Shown: in pieces, positions 18,723-27,521 of the stretch
How positions within the stretch are numbered: the stretch's first letter is position 1
How the letters are laid out: every line of letters starts with the position of its first letter
Source: Clostridia bacterium
Lineage (GTDB): Bacteria; Bacillota; Clostridia; Christensenellales; UBA1242
Reading direction: 5' to 3'
Assembly: GCA_009929275.1 (NCBI GenBank)
Contig: SAAW01000001.1
Coordinates: 26,924-90,923 of the forward strand
DNA length: 64,000 nt
The notes under the pieces: generated by a model
Seen by the model: only the letters and a program-made list of their open reading frames with translations
Database searches by the model: none
What the model was told of the DNA's origin: nothing
Program-made: the position numbers and the translations under genes

Positions 18723-19352
18723 CTATTTCACTGCCTTGATTCTGTGAATATAAAAACTGCTCACACCATTTTGAGAAGTGTAAGAACTTGAAAAAAATCC
18801 CATTGTCGTGCATTTTATTTTTGATTTTGTCGTGTCAACTTCTGCTTTAACACACATAAGTGAGTTAAGAGTCCCGCTCAAGCCACAAGTTGCACCGTTA
18901 TAATTATTTTCTAATAAATTTAATTTGCACAAATCTAAATATAGTTTTAATTCCACATTGTCGCAAGTTGCATAAATATAAAGTCCCTTATATGCCTCGA
19001 AAAATGAAGTTGTTTTTGCGACTTCCACTCCGCCGAGAATTCCGTCAACATATCCCCAATTCAAACTGTTATCTAAACTATTTTTATCATAAATTTCCTC
19101 GAAAGAATTTGTCTGCAATTTATCTAAAAAACTTTCCACATCTTCTGTCGTTAGATTACTGGCGTCTTTTTTTGCACAAGAATTAATCGCTGTTGTCACA
19201 ACTCCATTTTGAATCCCGTTAATGCTGGCGTCATCAAGTTCACTGTCAATCACAATCTTTTTTGCATTTTCAAGTGTCTTAACTCTCATCGACACACTGT
19301 CAATCTCTGCCAAAAGAAGATTTATCTTCTCATCAATTAGTTTTTCAAACAT
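18723..19352 (-). CDS. hypothetical protein (N-terminal coiled coil, Cys-containing C-terminal domain)
   Basis: 209-aa ORF. Its stop lies 1 nt from the rsmD stop (convergent genes). No recognised motif. Confidence 0.45.
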   Translation of the reverse strand: MFEKLIDEKINLLLAEIDSVSMRVKTLENAKKIVIDSELDDASINGIQNGVVTTAINSCAKKDASNLTTEDVESFLDKLQTNSFEEIYDKNSLDNSLNWGYVDGILGGVEVAKTTSFFEAYKGLYIYATCDNVELKLYLDLCKLNLLENNYNGATCGLSGTLNSLMCVKAEVDTTKSKIKCTTMGFFSSSYTSQNGVSSFYIHRIKAVK

Positions 19353-19504
19353 TACTTCACCTCTAAAAAAATTTTAACCTGCAAAAATTCAATTTTCAAT
19401 GTTTACTGCCAACTTTTTTTAAAAAATTTTTAGCAATTCTATATTTAATTTTTAATAAAAATTAAAACAAAAATATTTTTATTTTTTCAATTAGATTAAT
19501 AATG

Positions 19505-19536
19505 ACAATAAAATCACTTCAAACAAAATTGAAGTG
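19505..19536 (-). terminator. terminator after initiator tRNA
   Basis: Stem cacttcaa / ttgaagtg (19515-19536) with a 6-nt loop, followed on the minus strand by ATTTTATTG. Confidence 0.45.
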
Positions 19537-19547
19537 CTTTAAAATTT

Positions 19548-19623
19548 TGGTTGCGGGAGAAGGACTCGAACCTACGACCTCTGGGTTATGAGCCCAGCGA
19601 GCTGCCAACTGCTCCACCCCGCG
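19548..19623 (-). tRNA. initiator tRNA-fMet (anticodon CAU)
   Basis: The reverse complement reads CGCGGGG...CTCATAA...CCCGCAACCA. It has the C1-A72 mismatch and three consecutive G-C pairs closing the anticodon stem (GGG/CCC), both initiator hallmarks. Confidence 0.88.
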
Positions 19624-19634
19624 ATAATAAGTAA

Positions 19635-19663
19635 ATTATACACTCAAAAAAAAGCATTGTCAA
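19635..19663 (-). promoter_or_regulatory. consensus SigA-type promoter for initiator tRNA
   Basis: On the minus strand: TTGACA (19663-19658), 17-nt spacer, TATAAT (19640-19635). Lies 11 nt upstream of the tRNA 5' end. Confidence 0.6.
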
Positions 19664-19704
19664 GAGATAATATTCCATTTTTTTCTTAAAAATATTTGTT
19701 TTGC

Positions 19705-19733
19705 TTGACACATTTTTAAAGCAAAAGTAGAAT
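19705..19733 (+). promoter_or_regulatory. SigA-type promoter for the 19782 ORF
   Basis: TTGACA (19705-19710), 17-nt spacer, TAGAAT (19728-19733). Confidence 0.5.
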
Positions 19734-19781
19734 AACAAAGTATATGCTATGAATTATTTTTTGATGAATAAAGAGGTTATA

Positions 19782-20102
19782 ATGCAAAGTATTAATGTGG
19801 ACTTTAATGGCAATCTTTCCGATAGCGACCGATATGACATAACAATCAATTCTCTTATTGAGGTTATAAAAGAAAAAGATAAAAATAAAAGCAAAATCAT
19901 TTCTGACATTTGCAATGAGACAATAGTGCAAATTTTATCAGACTCGTTTTTACATGGAGACGAACTAAAATACATAAAAAAGCGAATTGAGCACCTTTTA
20001 AACGCATCGGAAGAAGACGGCGAAAAACGCTTTCTTTCTATAATAAAAAGAAAAATTGAACTTTTTTATTCAAAGCAAAATTTTAAAGGACTTAGTGAAT
20101 AA
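19782..20102 (+). CDS. hypothetical small protein
   Basis: 106 aa from the ATG at 19782, which has an AAAGAGG RBS 7 nt upstream. The ORF track begins at 19749. No motif recognised. Confidence 0.45.
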   Translation: MQSINVDFNGNLSDSDRYDITINSLIEVIKEKDKNKSKIISDICNETIVQILSDSFLHGDELKYIKKRIEHLLNASEEDGEKRFLSIIKRKIELFYSKQNFKGLSE

Positions 20103-20110
20103 GTCCTTTT

Positions 20111-20680
20111 CTATTCTCCCAAAATGACTGGCTGAATTTGCCTATTTTCGACGGCTTCTAAAATTGTATCCAAAAGCAAATCCCATTTTGCAATCATTGA
20201 TTTTGGCTTATTTGTTGGATTATCCTGACCAAAAGGCACGAAAAACACATTCTTTTCATTGATTAATTTTGCAATGTTTTGAAGATTAAGCCCCAAGGCA
20301 TCGTTTGTCGAAATGCCGATGACAAGCGGTTTGTAATTTCTCATATGAGCTTTTGCCGACATCGTCACAGCATCATCGCTAAGCCCATTTGCAAGTTTTG
20401 AAAGCGTGTTTCCTGTGCAAGGCGCAACCACCAAAACATCAATGGCGTTTTTTGGCCCGAGAGGCTCTGACTCAACAATGTTTGTGATGACATCTTTCCC
20501 CGTCAATGATTTGAGCCTATCCAAATAGTCCTGTGCATTCCCAAATCTTGTGTCTATAAGTTTCACTTCTTCAGTCACTATTGCAGTCACATTGTGCCCT
20601 GCTTTGACCAAAGTCTCAATCTGCTCAAAAATTTTATTATATATGCAAAACGAACCCGTTATTGCTAGCCCAATATTCAT
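20111..20680 (-). CDS. spoVFB: dipicolinate synthase subunit B
   Basis: 189-aa flavoprotein-fold protein (MNIGLAITGSFC..., PCTGNTLSKLANG). It overlaps the upstream subunit A gene by 4 nt. Confidence 0.78.
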   Translation of the reverse strand: MNIGLAITGSFCIYNKIFEQIETLVKAGHNVTAIVTEEVKLIDTRFGNAQDYLDRLKSLTGKDVITNIVESEPLGPKNAIDVLVVAPCTGNTLSKLANGLSDDAVTMSAKAHMRNYKPLVIGISTNDALGLNLQNIAKLINEKNVFFVPFGQDNPTNKPKSMIAKWDLLLDTILEAVENRQIQPVILGE

Positions 20681-21426
20681 TTATATTCTCCTATCATAAT
20701 TTCATTAAAAATAAGTTTTCCTGCGGAAAAGGGCATATATTTTGCTGGAAGTGAAGGGCATAAAATGTAATTCACCTGCTTAATATTATTTTCATTTAAG
20801 CACTTTTTTGAAGCCAATTCAAACACATTTGCCCCTTTTTTAAAGAAAGAGTCGTCGCTAAAAAGTTCAATAGGGATTGTGTTTATAACAGTGTCATAAT
20901 CTTTCAAATTCTCAAAAATATCTTTAAGCAAAAAACTTTTTTTTGAGACAAGTTCACTCAAAAAACACTCTTTTTCATCTCTCATTGAAACATCAAATTT
21001 AACTTTTAAGTCGTGCAAAACTTGCCACACAGCCTTTGCCACTCTTCCATTGCCCAAAACCAAAATATTTTGTTCATAAAGCGATTTTTTTGTGTTAGAT
21101 ATCAAATCTGCCAAAAAAGCCTCCGCCGTCAGCCTTGCATTTTCCACAACAAAACGCTCATTTTCCATAAGATTTATATAATTTATTCTCTCTTTTTCAG
21201 CAAAAAATTCTTCTGCCACCGCTCCGCCAAAAACCGTTGTTCTGTCTTTCAAGAGAGACAAAGTTTCTTTTTTCCACCTGTAAGATGGCGACACAACACA
21301 CACATCAAAAGAGGAGATTTTCTCAATATTTTCTTCAAAGTCAAAAACATTCAGTCCCCTCTCCTCCAGCATAGTTTTCACTTCCAAAAGTCGTCTGTCT
21401 TTCAGATCCAAAAAATAATTTTTCAT
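20677..21426 (-). CDS. spoVFA: dipicolinate synthase subunit A
   Basis: 249 aa from the ATG at 21426, preceded by an AGGGAG RBS. The ORF track begins at 21441. Rossmann motif VLGNGRVAKAV. Paired with spoVFB. Confidence 0.68.
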   Translation of the reverse strand: MKNYFLDLKDRRLLEVKTMLEERGLNVFDFEENIEKISSFDVCVVSPSYRWKKETLSLLKDRTTVFGGAVAEEFFAEKERINYINLMENERFVVENARLTAEAFLADLISNTKKSLYEQNILVLGNGRVAKAVWQVLHDLKVKFDVSMRDEKECFLSELVSKKSFLLKDIFENLKDYDTVINTIPIELFSDDSFFKKGANVFELASKKCLNENNIKQVNYILCPSLPAKYMPFSAGKLIFNEIMIGEYK

Positions 21427-21580
21427 TTTTCTCCCTTTCAATTCACTTTATGCAGGTTTTTGCTTCCTTGTGAAAACTTTTTTTGGAAAAATATCATTTA
21501 TTAATTTGTTTAAAATAAAAAAACTTCTCTGACAAATGAGTTAGAAAAGTTTTTAATATTAAAATAAGCATAATTTGTTT

Positions 21581-22174
21581 CTAAATTTTAACTCTATGCT
21601 TTATGAGGTCTAGCACAAAAGACAAAATTATGACTACTTGAAGTGGCGCTCCCACAATGTAAACAAGCCAGACTTTGTAGTCTTGCAAAATTAGGCAAAT
21701 CGCAGTGATGAGAGTCCAAACAAACAGCGACGCAAAAATAACGCTCATAACTCTCCATTTCCAAACAGAAGAAAGGATTGTTAGCAACACAAAGAAAGTA
21801 GGCACAGCCACAATGAACGATAGCCATTCATTCTCAATCCCGGGAATGTAAGTAAGCACAACATAGGCGACTGTCGCAACAAACCAGACGAGCATCGCCG
21901 ATAAAACGGAAAGAATGACCCGAAAACTTCGTCTATTCTTTTTAGGTTGAACAGATTTGTTTTCATACACAATGTCTTGAATTTTCACCCCGTAGAATTC
22001 AGCAAGAGCCATCAAAACATAGGCATTTGGCACGCAATCTCCCTTTTCCCACTTTGAAACAGCCTTGTCGGAATAGTTCAATTTTTCAGCCAACTGAAGT
22101 TGTGTCAGTTGAGATTTTTTCCTAAGTGTCGATAAATTTCTTGCGATTACGCTATTTAATTCATTCATACACAT
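21581..22174 (-). CDS. XRE-family HTH transcriptional regulator fused to a four-TM membrane domain
   Basis: 197 aa. N-terminal LSTLRKKSQLTQLQLAEKLNYSDKAVSKWEKG is an HTH_3-type motif. The C-terminal half contains about 4 hydrophobic helices. Confidence 0.7.
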   Translation of the reverse strand: MCMNELNSVIARNLSTLRKKSQLTQLQLAEKLNYSDKAVSKWEKGDCVPNAYVLMALAEFYGVKIQDIVYENKSVQPKKNRRSFRVILSVLSAMLVWFVATVAYVVLTYIPGIENEWLSFIVAVPTFFVLLTILSSVWKWRVMSVIFASLFVWTLITAICLILQDYKVWLVYIVGAPLQVVIILSFVLDLIKHRVKI

Positions 22175-22363
22175 TTAAAATATACTATTATTTAAAATAT
22201 GTCAAACATTTTTCACTATAAATTGGGAATTCTACTCACAAGAGAGTTGATTTTTTAATCCTAAAATGATATTCTATTTTAGAGAGAGCCATTTTAAAAA
22301 AGTAGATAAATATTTTTACATAATGTTTTAAAATATAATAAAAATAATTAAAGGAGATTTCAT

Positions 22364-23218
22364 ATGAAAATAGCCCTGTCATGCGAGTCTAGTGCAGACT
22401 TTAATAAGGAAATGTATGAAAAAAACAAAATTAGTGTCGTTCCGTTTTCAATTATATTAGGAGACAATTTGATTCCAGACGTTGACGGTGCATCTAAAAA
22501 AATTTTTGACTTTGTCGAAAAAACAAAAGTTTTGCCGAAAACTTCTGCTGTCAATCAAGAACAATATAAAGAACACTTCACGAATCTTTTAAAGGAACAC
22601 GATGTCGTCATTCACATCACTCTTAGTTCAAAAATCAGTTGCGCAAACAGTAATGCCCTTTTGGCAGCCAAAGAGATTGGCGAAGATAGAATAAAAATTA
22701 TCGATTCTCTCTCGCTTTCCACAGGCATCGCACTTCTTCTTTTATACGCAAGAAAACTTATAGATAATGGCGAAGATGTGAACACAATCGTCAAAAAGGT
22801 TGAAGAACGAGTTCCTCACCTTCAAGTAAGTTTTGTCGCAAACAATCTGGAATATCTTTATAAAGGTGGCAGATGTGGAACACTTGCCTATTACAGTGCA
22901 AACCTCCTCAAAATAAAGCCAAAAATTAGCGTTCAAAACGGAGCAATGGTGAGTTCAAAGAAATTTTTTGGGCTTTTCCCAAAGATTTTAGAAAAATATT
23001 ATGAAGATGTTATGCAAAAACACAACACTCCAGACCTTGAAAATGTTTTCATAACCTACTCGACTGCTCCCGAACAAATCATCAAAACTTTGCAAGAAAA
23101 ACTAAAAAGTCGAGGCTTTAAAAACATTTTTGTCACAAACGCAGGCGGAACAATTTCCAGCCATTGCGGGCCAGAATGTCTTGGTGTGCTTTTTATTAAC
23201 GACGGGAACAGCAGATAA
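22364..23218 (+). CDS. DegV family fatty-acid-binding protein
   Basis: 284 aa, AAGGAG RBS. MKIALSCESSADF start with DegV-like length and layout; the C-terminus ends in GPECLGV. Confidence 0.82.
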   Translation: MKIALSCESSADFNKEMYEKNKISVVPFSIILGDNLIPDVDGASKKIFDFVEKTKVLPKTSAVNQEQYKEHFTNLLKEHDVVIHITLSSKISCANSNALLAAKEIGEDRIKIIDSLSLSTGIALLLLYARKLIDNGEDVNTIVKKVEERVPHLQVSFVANNLEYLYKGGRCGTLAYYSANLLKIKPKISVQNGAMVSSKKFFGLFPKILEKYYEDVMQKHNTPDLENVFITYSTAPEQIIKTLQEKLKSRGFKNIFVTNAGGTISSHCGPECLGVLFINDGNSR

Positions 23219-23237
23219 AATTTAACAACAAGAAAAA

Positions 23238-23260
23238 GCACTCATTTGAGTGTTTTTTTC
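23238..23260 (+). terminator. rho-independent terminator after degV-family gene
   Basis: Stem gcactc / gagtgt with loop attt, followed by T7. Confidence 0.55.
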
Positions 23261-23397
23261 TTCTATAATATTTTCAAAATAAAGTTATTTTCTATGTGTT
23301 TTTTAAAATAATATTTTTTTATTCTATAAACATTTTTCTATCTTGCTTTGTTTAACAAAATGTTTTTAAAGCAAAATCTTCCCAATACATTTATTTG

Positions 23398-23426
23398 TTG
23401 ACTTTAAAGCATAATTAAAATATAAT
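23398..23426 (+). promoter_or_regulatory. consensus SigA-type promoter upstream of tRNA-Arg
   Basis: TTGACT (23398-23403), 17-nt spacer, TATAAT (23421-23426). Lies about 110 nt upstream of the tRNA. Confidence 0.5.
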
Positions 23427-23537
23427 ATTTTTTGTGAAAAGTTGCTTAAAAAGTGAAAAAAACATTAATTTTTAACAAAATTAAAAATATTTTTCTAAAA
23501 AGCATTGTAAAAATCTTTCCACATTTTAAGTCCTCAT

Positions 23538-23614
23538 GTACTCGTAGCTCAGCTGGATAGAGCGTTGGTCTACGGAACCAAAGGTCGGGGGTTCAAATCC
23601 CTTCGAGTACACCA
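23538..23614 (+). tRNA. tRNA-Arg (anticodon ACG)
   Basis: Acceptor GTACTCG/CGAGTAC, D-arm GCTC..GAGC, anticodon stem TTGGT/ACCAA with loop CT-ACG-GA, T-loop TTCAAAT and an encoded CCA. Confidence 0.9.
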
Positions 23615-23619
23615 AAAAT

Positions 23620-24744
23620 TTATTTTAATAATTTTAAACATATTTCTTCAACTTGAGATATAGCACTTTGATTATCAAAATGTTTTTCTTTTATTTTTTC
23701 ATGTCCATTTACTCTTTTATATTTTCTTAAAGAAATAATTTTTTTAGCCCACTCTTTTGAGGATTCATTAAGAGAAATAAATAAATTATTTTCATTTATA
23801 TTTGCTTGTTTTGAAATATTTTCTGATAAAACATTTATAAGCCCTGTTGCTTGAGACTCTACACAGACAATAGGCAAACCTTCATGAAAAGATGTCATAA
23901 GAAATATATCTGAAGCCTGCATAATTTTTGAGACATCATCTAAAATTCCTAAAAATATTGTTTTATTTGATAGATTTAATCTTTTAACTTTTTCTTCAAT
24001 TTGTTTTTTTAATTCTCCATTCCCAACAAGAATAAGATAAGAATTATCATAAATTTTTTGAATTTCGTTAAAAACATCAATTAAAAAATTATGATTTTTT
24101 TGCAAATTAAACCTTGCAACACTTAATATGACAAAAGTATCTTTTTTAATACCTAGCTCAATACGCATTTTTTCTCTTGTAATTGTTGAAAAATCAAACT
24201 GACTTAAATTAACAGAATTATTAATCATAATATAATTGTTTTTTTGGGAAATTTTTTTGCCGAATACAAAATTTGCCGCAGTATCTGAACATGCTAGACG
24301 AATATTTGCAATTTTATTTAGCAAAATTTTATAAATAAAATTAAACTTTATTATTTTAGAATTGCTTCCACCCATATGTGAATGAAAAATAATTTTTTTA
24401 ATATTTCCAAATACTTTTGCAATTATAGCAACTAAAACTTCTTTTGATGTCGCACAATTGATATACATTATATCAAATATTCTTTTATTGTTTTTAAAAT
24501 AATCTTTTAATGTTTTATATCTTTCAATTTTTGATTTATCACCAAATCTGCAGAAAAATACTTTGACGCCAGCTTCAATAAATTCTTGATAAAACTGCTT
24601 ATCATAATTTTCACCATTGTCAATTAATAAATACATTTCAAAATAATTTTTGTTTATATTCTTGCACAAATTTAAAAAATATTTTTCCGTTCCGCCCTTA
24701 TTAAGCCAAAAATTGTAACACAAAATTTTAATCTTTTTTTCCAT
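23620..24744 (-). CDS. glycosyltransferase family 4 (GT-B)
   Basis: 374 aa. C-terminal FLMTSFHEGLPIVCVESQATGL is the EX7E region typical of GT4. Confidence 0.75.
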   Translation of the reverse strand: MEKKIKILCYNFWLNKGGTEKYFLNLCKNINKNYFEMYLLIDNGENYDKQFYQEFIEAGVKVFFCRFGDKSKIERYKTLKDYFKNNKRIFDIMYINCATSKEVLVAIIAKVFGNIKKIIFHSHMGGSNSKIIKFNFIYKILLNKIANIRLACSDTAANFVFGKKISQKNNYIMINNSVNLSQFDFSTITREKMRIELGIKKDTFVILSVARFNLQKNHNFLIDVFNEIQKIYDNSYLILVGNGELKKQIEEKVKRLNLSNKTIFLGILDDVSKIMQASDIFLMTSFHEGLPIVCVESQATGLINVLSENISKQANINENNLFISLNESSKEWAKKIISLRKYKRVNGHEKIKEKHFDNQSAISQVEEICLKLLK

Positions 24745-24757
24745 TTTATCTCCAATC

Positions 24758-25711
24758 TTATTTCTTTATAAAATATTTTGAACTCCACAACATAAATTTT
24801 AATCCAAAAATTTTATATAAATAATATGCAATCTTTGCTTTAATACTAAATGGCTTTAAAATAAGCTCTTTATGTTTTTTTATATAATAAATTGCCTCTT
24901 TTTGTTCCTCTTTTGCCATAAAGTTTATTCGCCCAATATTTCCAACAATGTTCCTTGACAGAATTCTAAAAATATTTTTCTTTAATTTTTCTTCAATATC
25001 AATAATATTTATCATATCATAAACTTTTTGATGATTACTAATCAAATCTTTAAAACCATCAAGCCTAAAAGTGTGTGTCACAGATTTTTCATTTTGAAAA
25101 TAAATATAATAAGCAACGTCCACAAGCATAAAATTTTTACATTTTAAGATTGAAGAAATTGAAAAAACTAAATCTTCTGCTTTTTTCCCTTTAGAAAATT
25201 CTAGTTTATTGCCTTTTATAAGTTTACTTTTAAAAATTTTATTACAAGAGCTTTCAAAATATCCATTTAACACTTTTAATAAATTATTCTTGTTGATAAG
25301 ATCTAATTTTTCTGTTTTATGCGGACGTAAAATTTTATTATTTAATATTGCTTCAAACATAAAAATTTCAATTTCTTTATTGCTTTCTAAAACATCAAAA
25401 ATTTTATAAAAATTTTCATTCACATAATCATCACTATCCACAAAAGTTATGTATTCGCCTGTTGCAATCTTCATTCCCTCGTTTCTTGCCGAAGACACCC
25501 CTCCATTTTCTTTGTGAATGACTTTCACAAAGTCAAATTTTTCTGCATATTCATCACAAATTAAGGGGCATTTATCTGGCGAACCATCATCAATTAAAAT
25601 AATCTCAATGTCTTCAATTTTTTCTTTTGTGTGTTCAACAATACTGTCGACACACCTGTTTAAAAACTGCTCCACTTTATAAACTGGAATAATTATACTA
25701 ATTTTTTTCAT
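24758..25711 (-). CDS. glycosyltransferase family 2
   Basis: 317 aa. N-terminal ISIIIPVYKVEQFLNRCVDSI, then DDGSPD, then the DSDD DXD motif. Confidence 0.82.
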   Translation of the reverse strand: MKKISIIIPVYKVEQFLNRCVDSIVEHTKEKIEDIEIILIDDGSPDKCPLICDEYAEKFDFVKVIHKENGGVSSARNEGMKIATGEYITFVDSDDYVNENFYKIFDVLESNKEIEIFMFEAILNNKILRPHKTEKLDLINKNNLLKVLNGYFESSCNKIFKSKLIKGNKLEFSKGKKAEDLVFSISSILKCKNFMLVDVAYYIYFQNEKSVTHTFRLDGFKDLISNHQKVYDMINIIDIEEKLKKNIFRILSRNIVGNIGRINFMAKEEQKEAIYYIKKHKELILKPFSIKAKIAYYLYKIFGLKFMLWSSKYFIKK

Positions 25712-26733
25712 TTTTTCTCCAATACTTTTTCTATCTCTTTTTTGTATCTGTTAAGATTGTTTATTTTTTTGGAATATGTTAAACAATCTTTTTTATATTT
25801 ACTTGGATTTTTTAAAATTTTAAAAATATATTTTACTGCTTCTTCTTTTGATTTATAAATATAACCTGTTTTACCGATTTTTATCAAGTCCACAAGCCCA
25901 TCAGTTGCCGTGGAGACTATTGGAACGCCAAGAGCAATGGATTCAAGAGCGCACATTGGAGTTCCCTCATACTCTGATGACATCAGCATAACCTTACTAT
26001 CTTTTAAGATTTTATATGGATTAGAGAGAAATCCATATAGTTTAATGTTTTTTTCTAATTTATTGATTTTAATAAATTCTTCACATTGTTGCCTTAATTC
26101 TCCATCTCCAATGATTGAACAATTTAATACTTTGTTTTTTTCAACAGCAAGTTTCAAAATTTCTAGGAGATACAATGGATTTTTAGGTTCAGACAAACGA
26201 CCCAAAAAAATGACATCATTTTTATAATGTTTTAAATCTTGTTTAACTTTACTCTCTAATTCATTTGCGGAAATAACATTTTTTAAAATGACTGACTTTT
26301 TTTCTACTTGTTTTTTAAAATAAAAATCATTAAAATTGCTGTTTGAAACAAATATGACTTTTTTTGCATTTTTACAAGCCAATTTAAATAAAAAACTTTT
26401 TACTGTAAATTTTCTGTTTTCTTGTGCGTTGTTATGCAAATGACATATGTATGGAATTTTTTTATGTGTCAAACTAACCAAAAATGAAGCCTTGATGTCG
26501 TGAGCGTGAATTATGTCAGGCTTAACTTTTTTTATTACTTTATTAAGTTCTAAAATATTAATTTTATTCATTCCAACAAAAGTAATATTTTTATCTTTCA
26601 AACTCTCCTCAATCGGACCATTTGGTGAACAATAATAAATTTGATGCTTGTCTCCAATCAGACTAGCAATTTGACAAACTACATTCTCTGCACCAGAATA
26701 TTTGTTACTCGACAATACATTAAGAATTATCAT
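25708..26733 (-). CDS. glycosyltransferase family 4 (GT-B)
   Basis: 341 aa. MLMSSEYEGTPMCALESIALGVP is the EX7E region. Overlaps the downstream GT2 gene by 4 nt. Confidence 0.75.
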   Translation of the reverse strand: MIILNVLSSNKYSGAENVVCQIASLIGDKHQIYYCSPNGPIEESLKDKNITFVGMNKINILELNKVIKKVKPDIIHAHDIKASFLVSLTHKKIPYICHLHNNAQENRKFTVKSFLFKLACKNAKKVIFVSNSNFNDFYFKKQVEKKSVILKNVISANELESKVKQDLKHYKNDVIFLGRLSEPKNPLYLLEILKLAVEKNKVLNCSIIGDGELRQQCEEFIKINKLEKNIKLYGFLSNPYKILKDSKVMLMSSEYEGTPMCALESIALGVPIVSTATDGLVDLIKIGKTGYIYKSKEEAVKYIFKILKNPSKYKKDCLTYSKKINNLNRYKKEIEKVLEKK

Positions 26734-27463
26734 CCTTATTTTTCCTCATTTTTAATTTAATTTTTTCCACATTTTTTTCGCCCACAATTCTTTTTATAAA
26801 CTGAAGTATTTTCCCTTTAATTTTTTTTCTAAATGGAAGCCACGAAGCAAGATAGTGATGAATAGAAAAAGTTTTTTTTGTTAATCTTATCTTTCCGTCG
26901 CTAAGACTCTTAGGGCAAAAATACTCTGTTGGATAAAATGCAATATCATCAATTATTTGCAGTGAATTGTCAGTTCTGAGTCCAATTTGCTTGAAATAGT
27001 CTGTAGAAATAATGCAAACAGTTTTTAAAATAGGCTTTCCTTCTTCATCTAAAAATGAAAGATTTTTATAGATATTTAGGAGGTCTTCAATTTCCTTGAC
27101 GCCCTTTTCAGCGCCAAAAATAAGCCCGGGGGCAATTGAGTCTTCTTTCTCAAAAGCAAAAAAAGCCTTGTTTTTCAAAAAACTCTCGTCCAAAGGTTTA
27201 ATAAACTCTACATCAATGTCCAAATAGAGTCCACCATAGATGTTTAAGATGTCAAACCTGAGGACGTCACTTGCATATGCCCATTTTTTTGTGTCATATG
27301 CCTGTCTGACGAATTTAAACTTGTCTATGTCAAGATTGCTCTCGTCCCACCTTTTTATTTCAAAATTAGGAAGGAACTTTTTCCAACTTTTAATGCACTT
27401 GACAGCAATTTCTGGCAGAGGTTTCCCTCCTATCCAAATGTAATGAATAATCTTTGGAATCAT
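26720..27463 (-). CDS. glycosyltransferase with DXD sugar-binding region (GT32/OCH1-like)
   Basis: 247 aa. MIPKIIHYIWIGG..P start, SDVLRFDILNIYGGLYLDIDV motif. Confidence 0.65.
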   Translation of the reverse strand: MIPKIIHYIWIGGKPLPEIAVKCIKSWKKFLPNFEIKRWDESNLDIDKFKFVRQAYDTKKWAYASDVLRFDILNIYGGLYLDIDVEFIKPLDESFLKNKAFFAFEKEDSIAPGLIFGAEKGVKEIEDLLNIYKNLSFLDEEGKPILKTVCIISTDYFKQIGLRTDNSLQIIDDIAFYPTEYFCPKSLSDGKIRLTKKTFSIHHYLASWLPFRKKIKGKILQFIKRIVGEKNVEKIKLKMRKNKDDNS

Positions 27464-27521
27464 TTTTTCTCCTTTTGCATTTTGTAAATTTTATTTTATA
27501 TTATTTTAAATCTTTTCAGTT

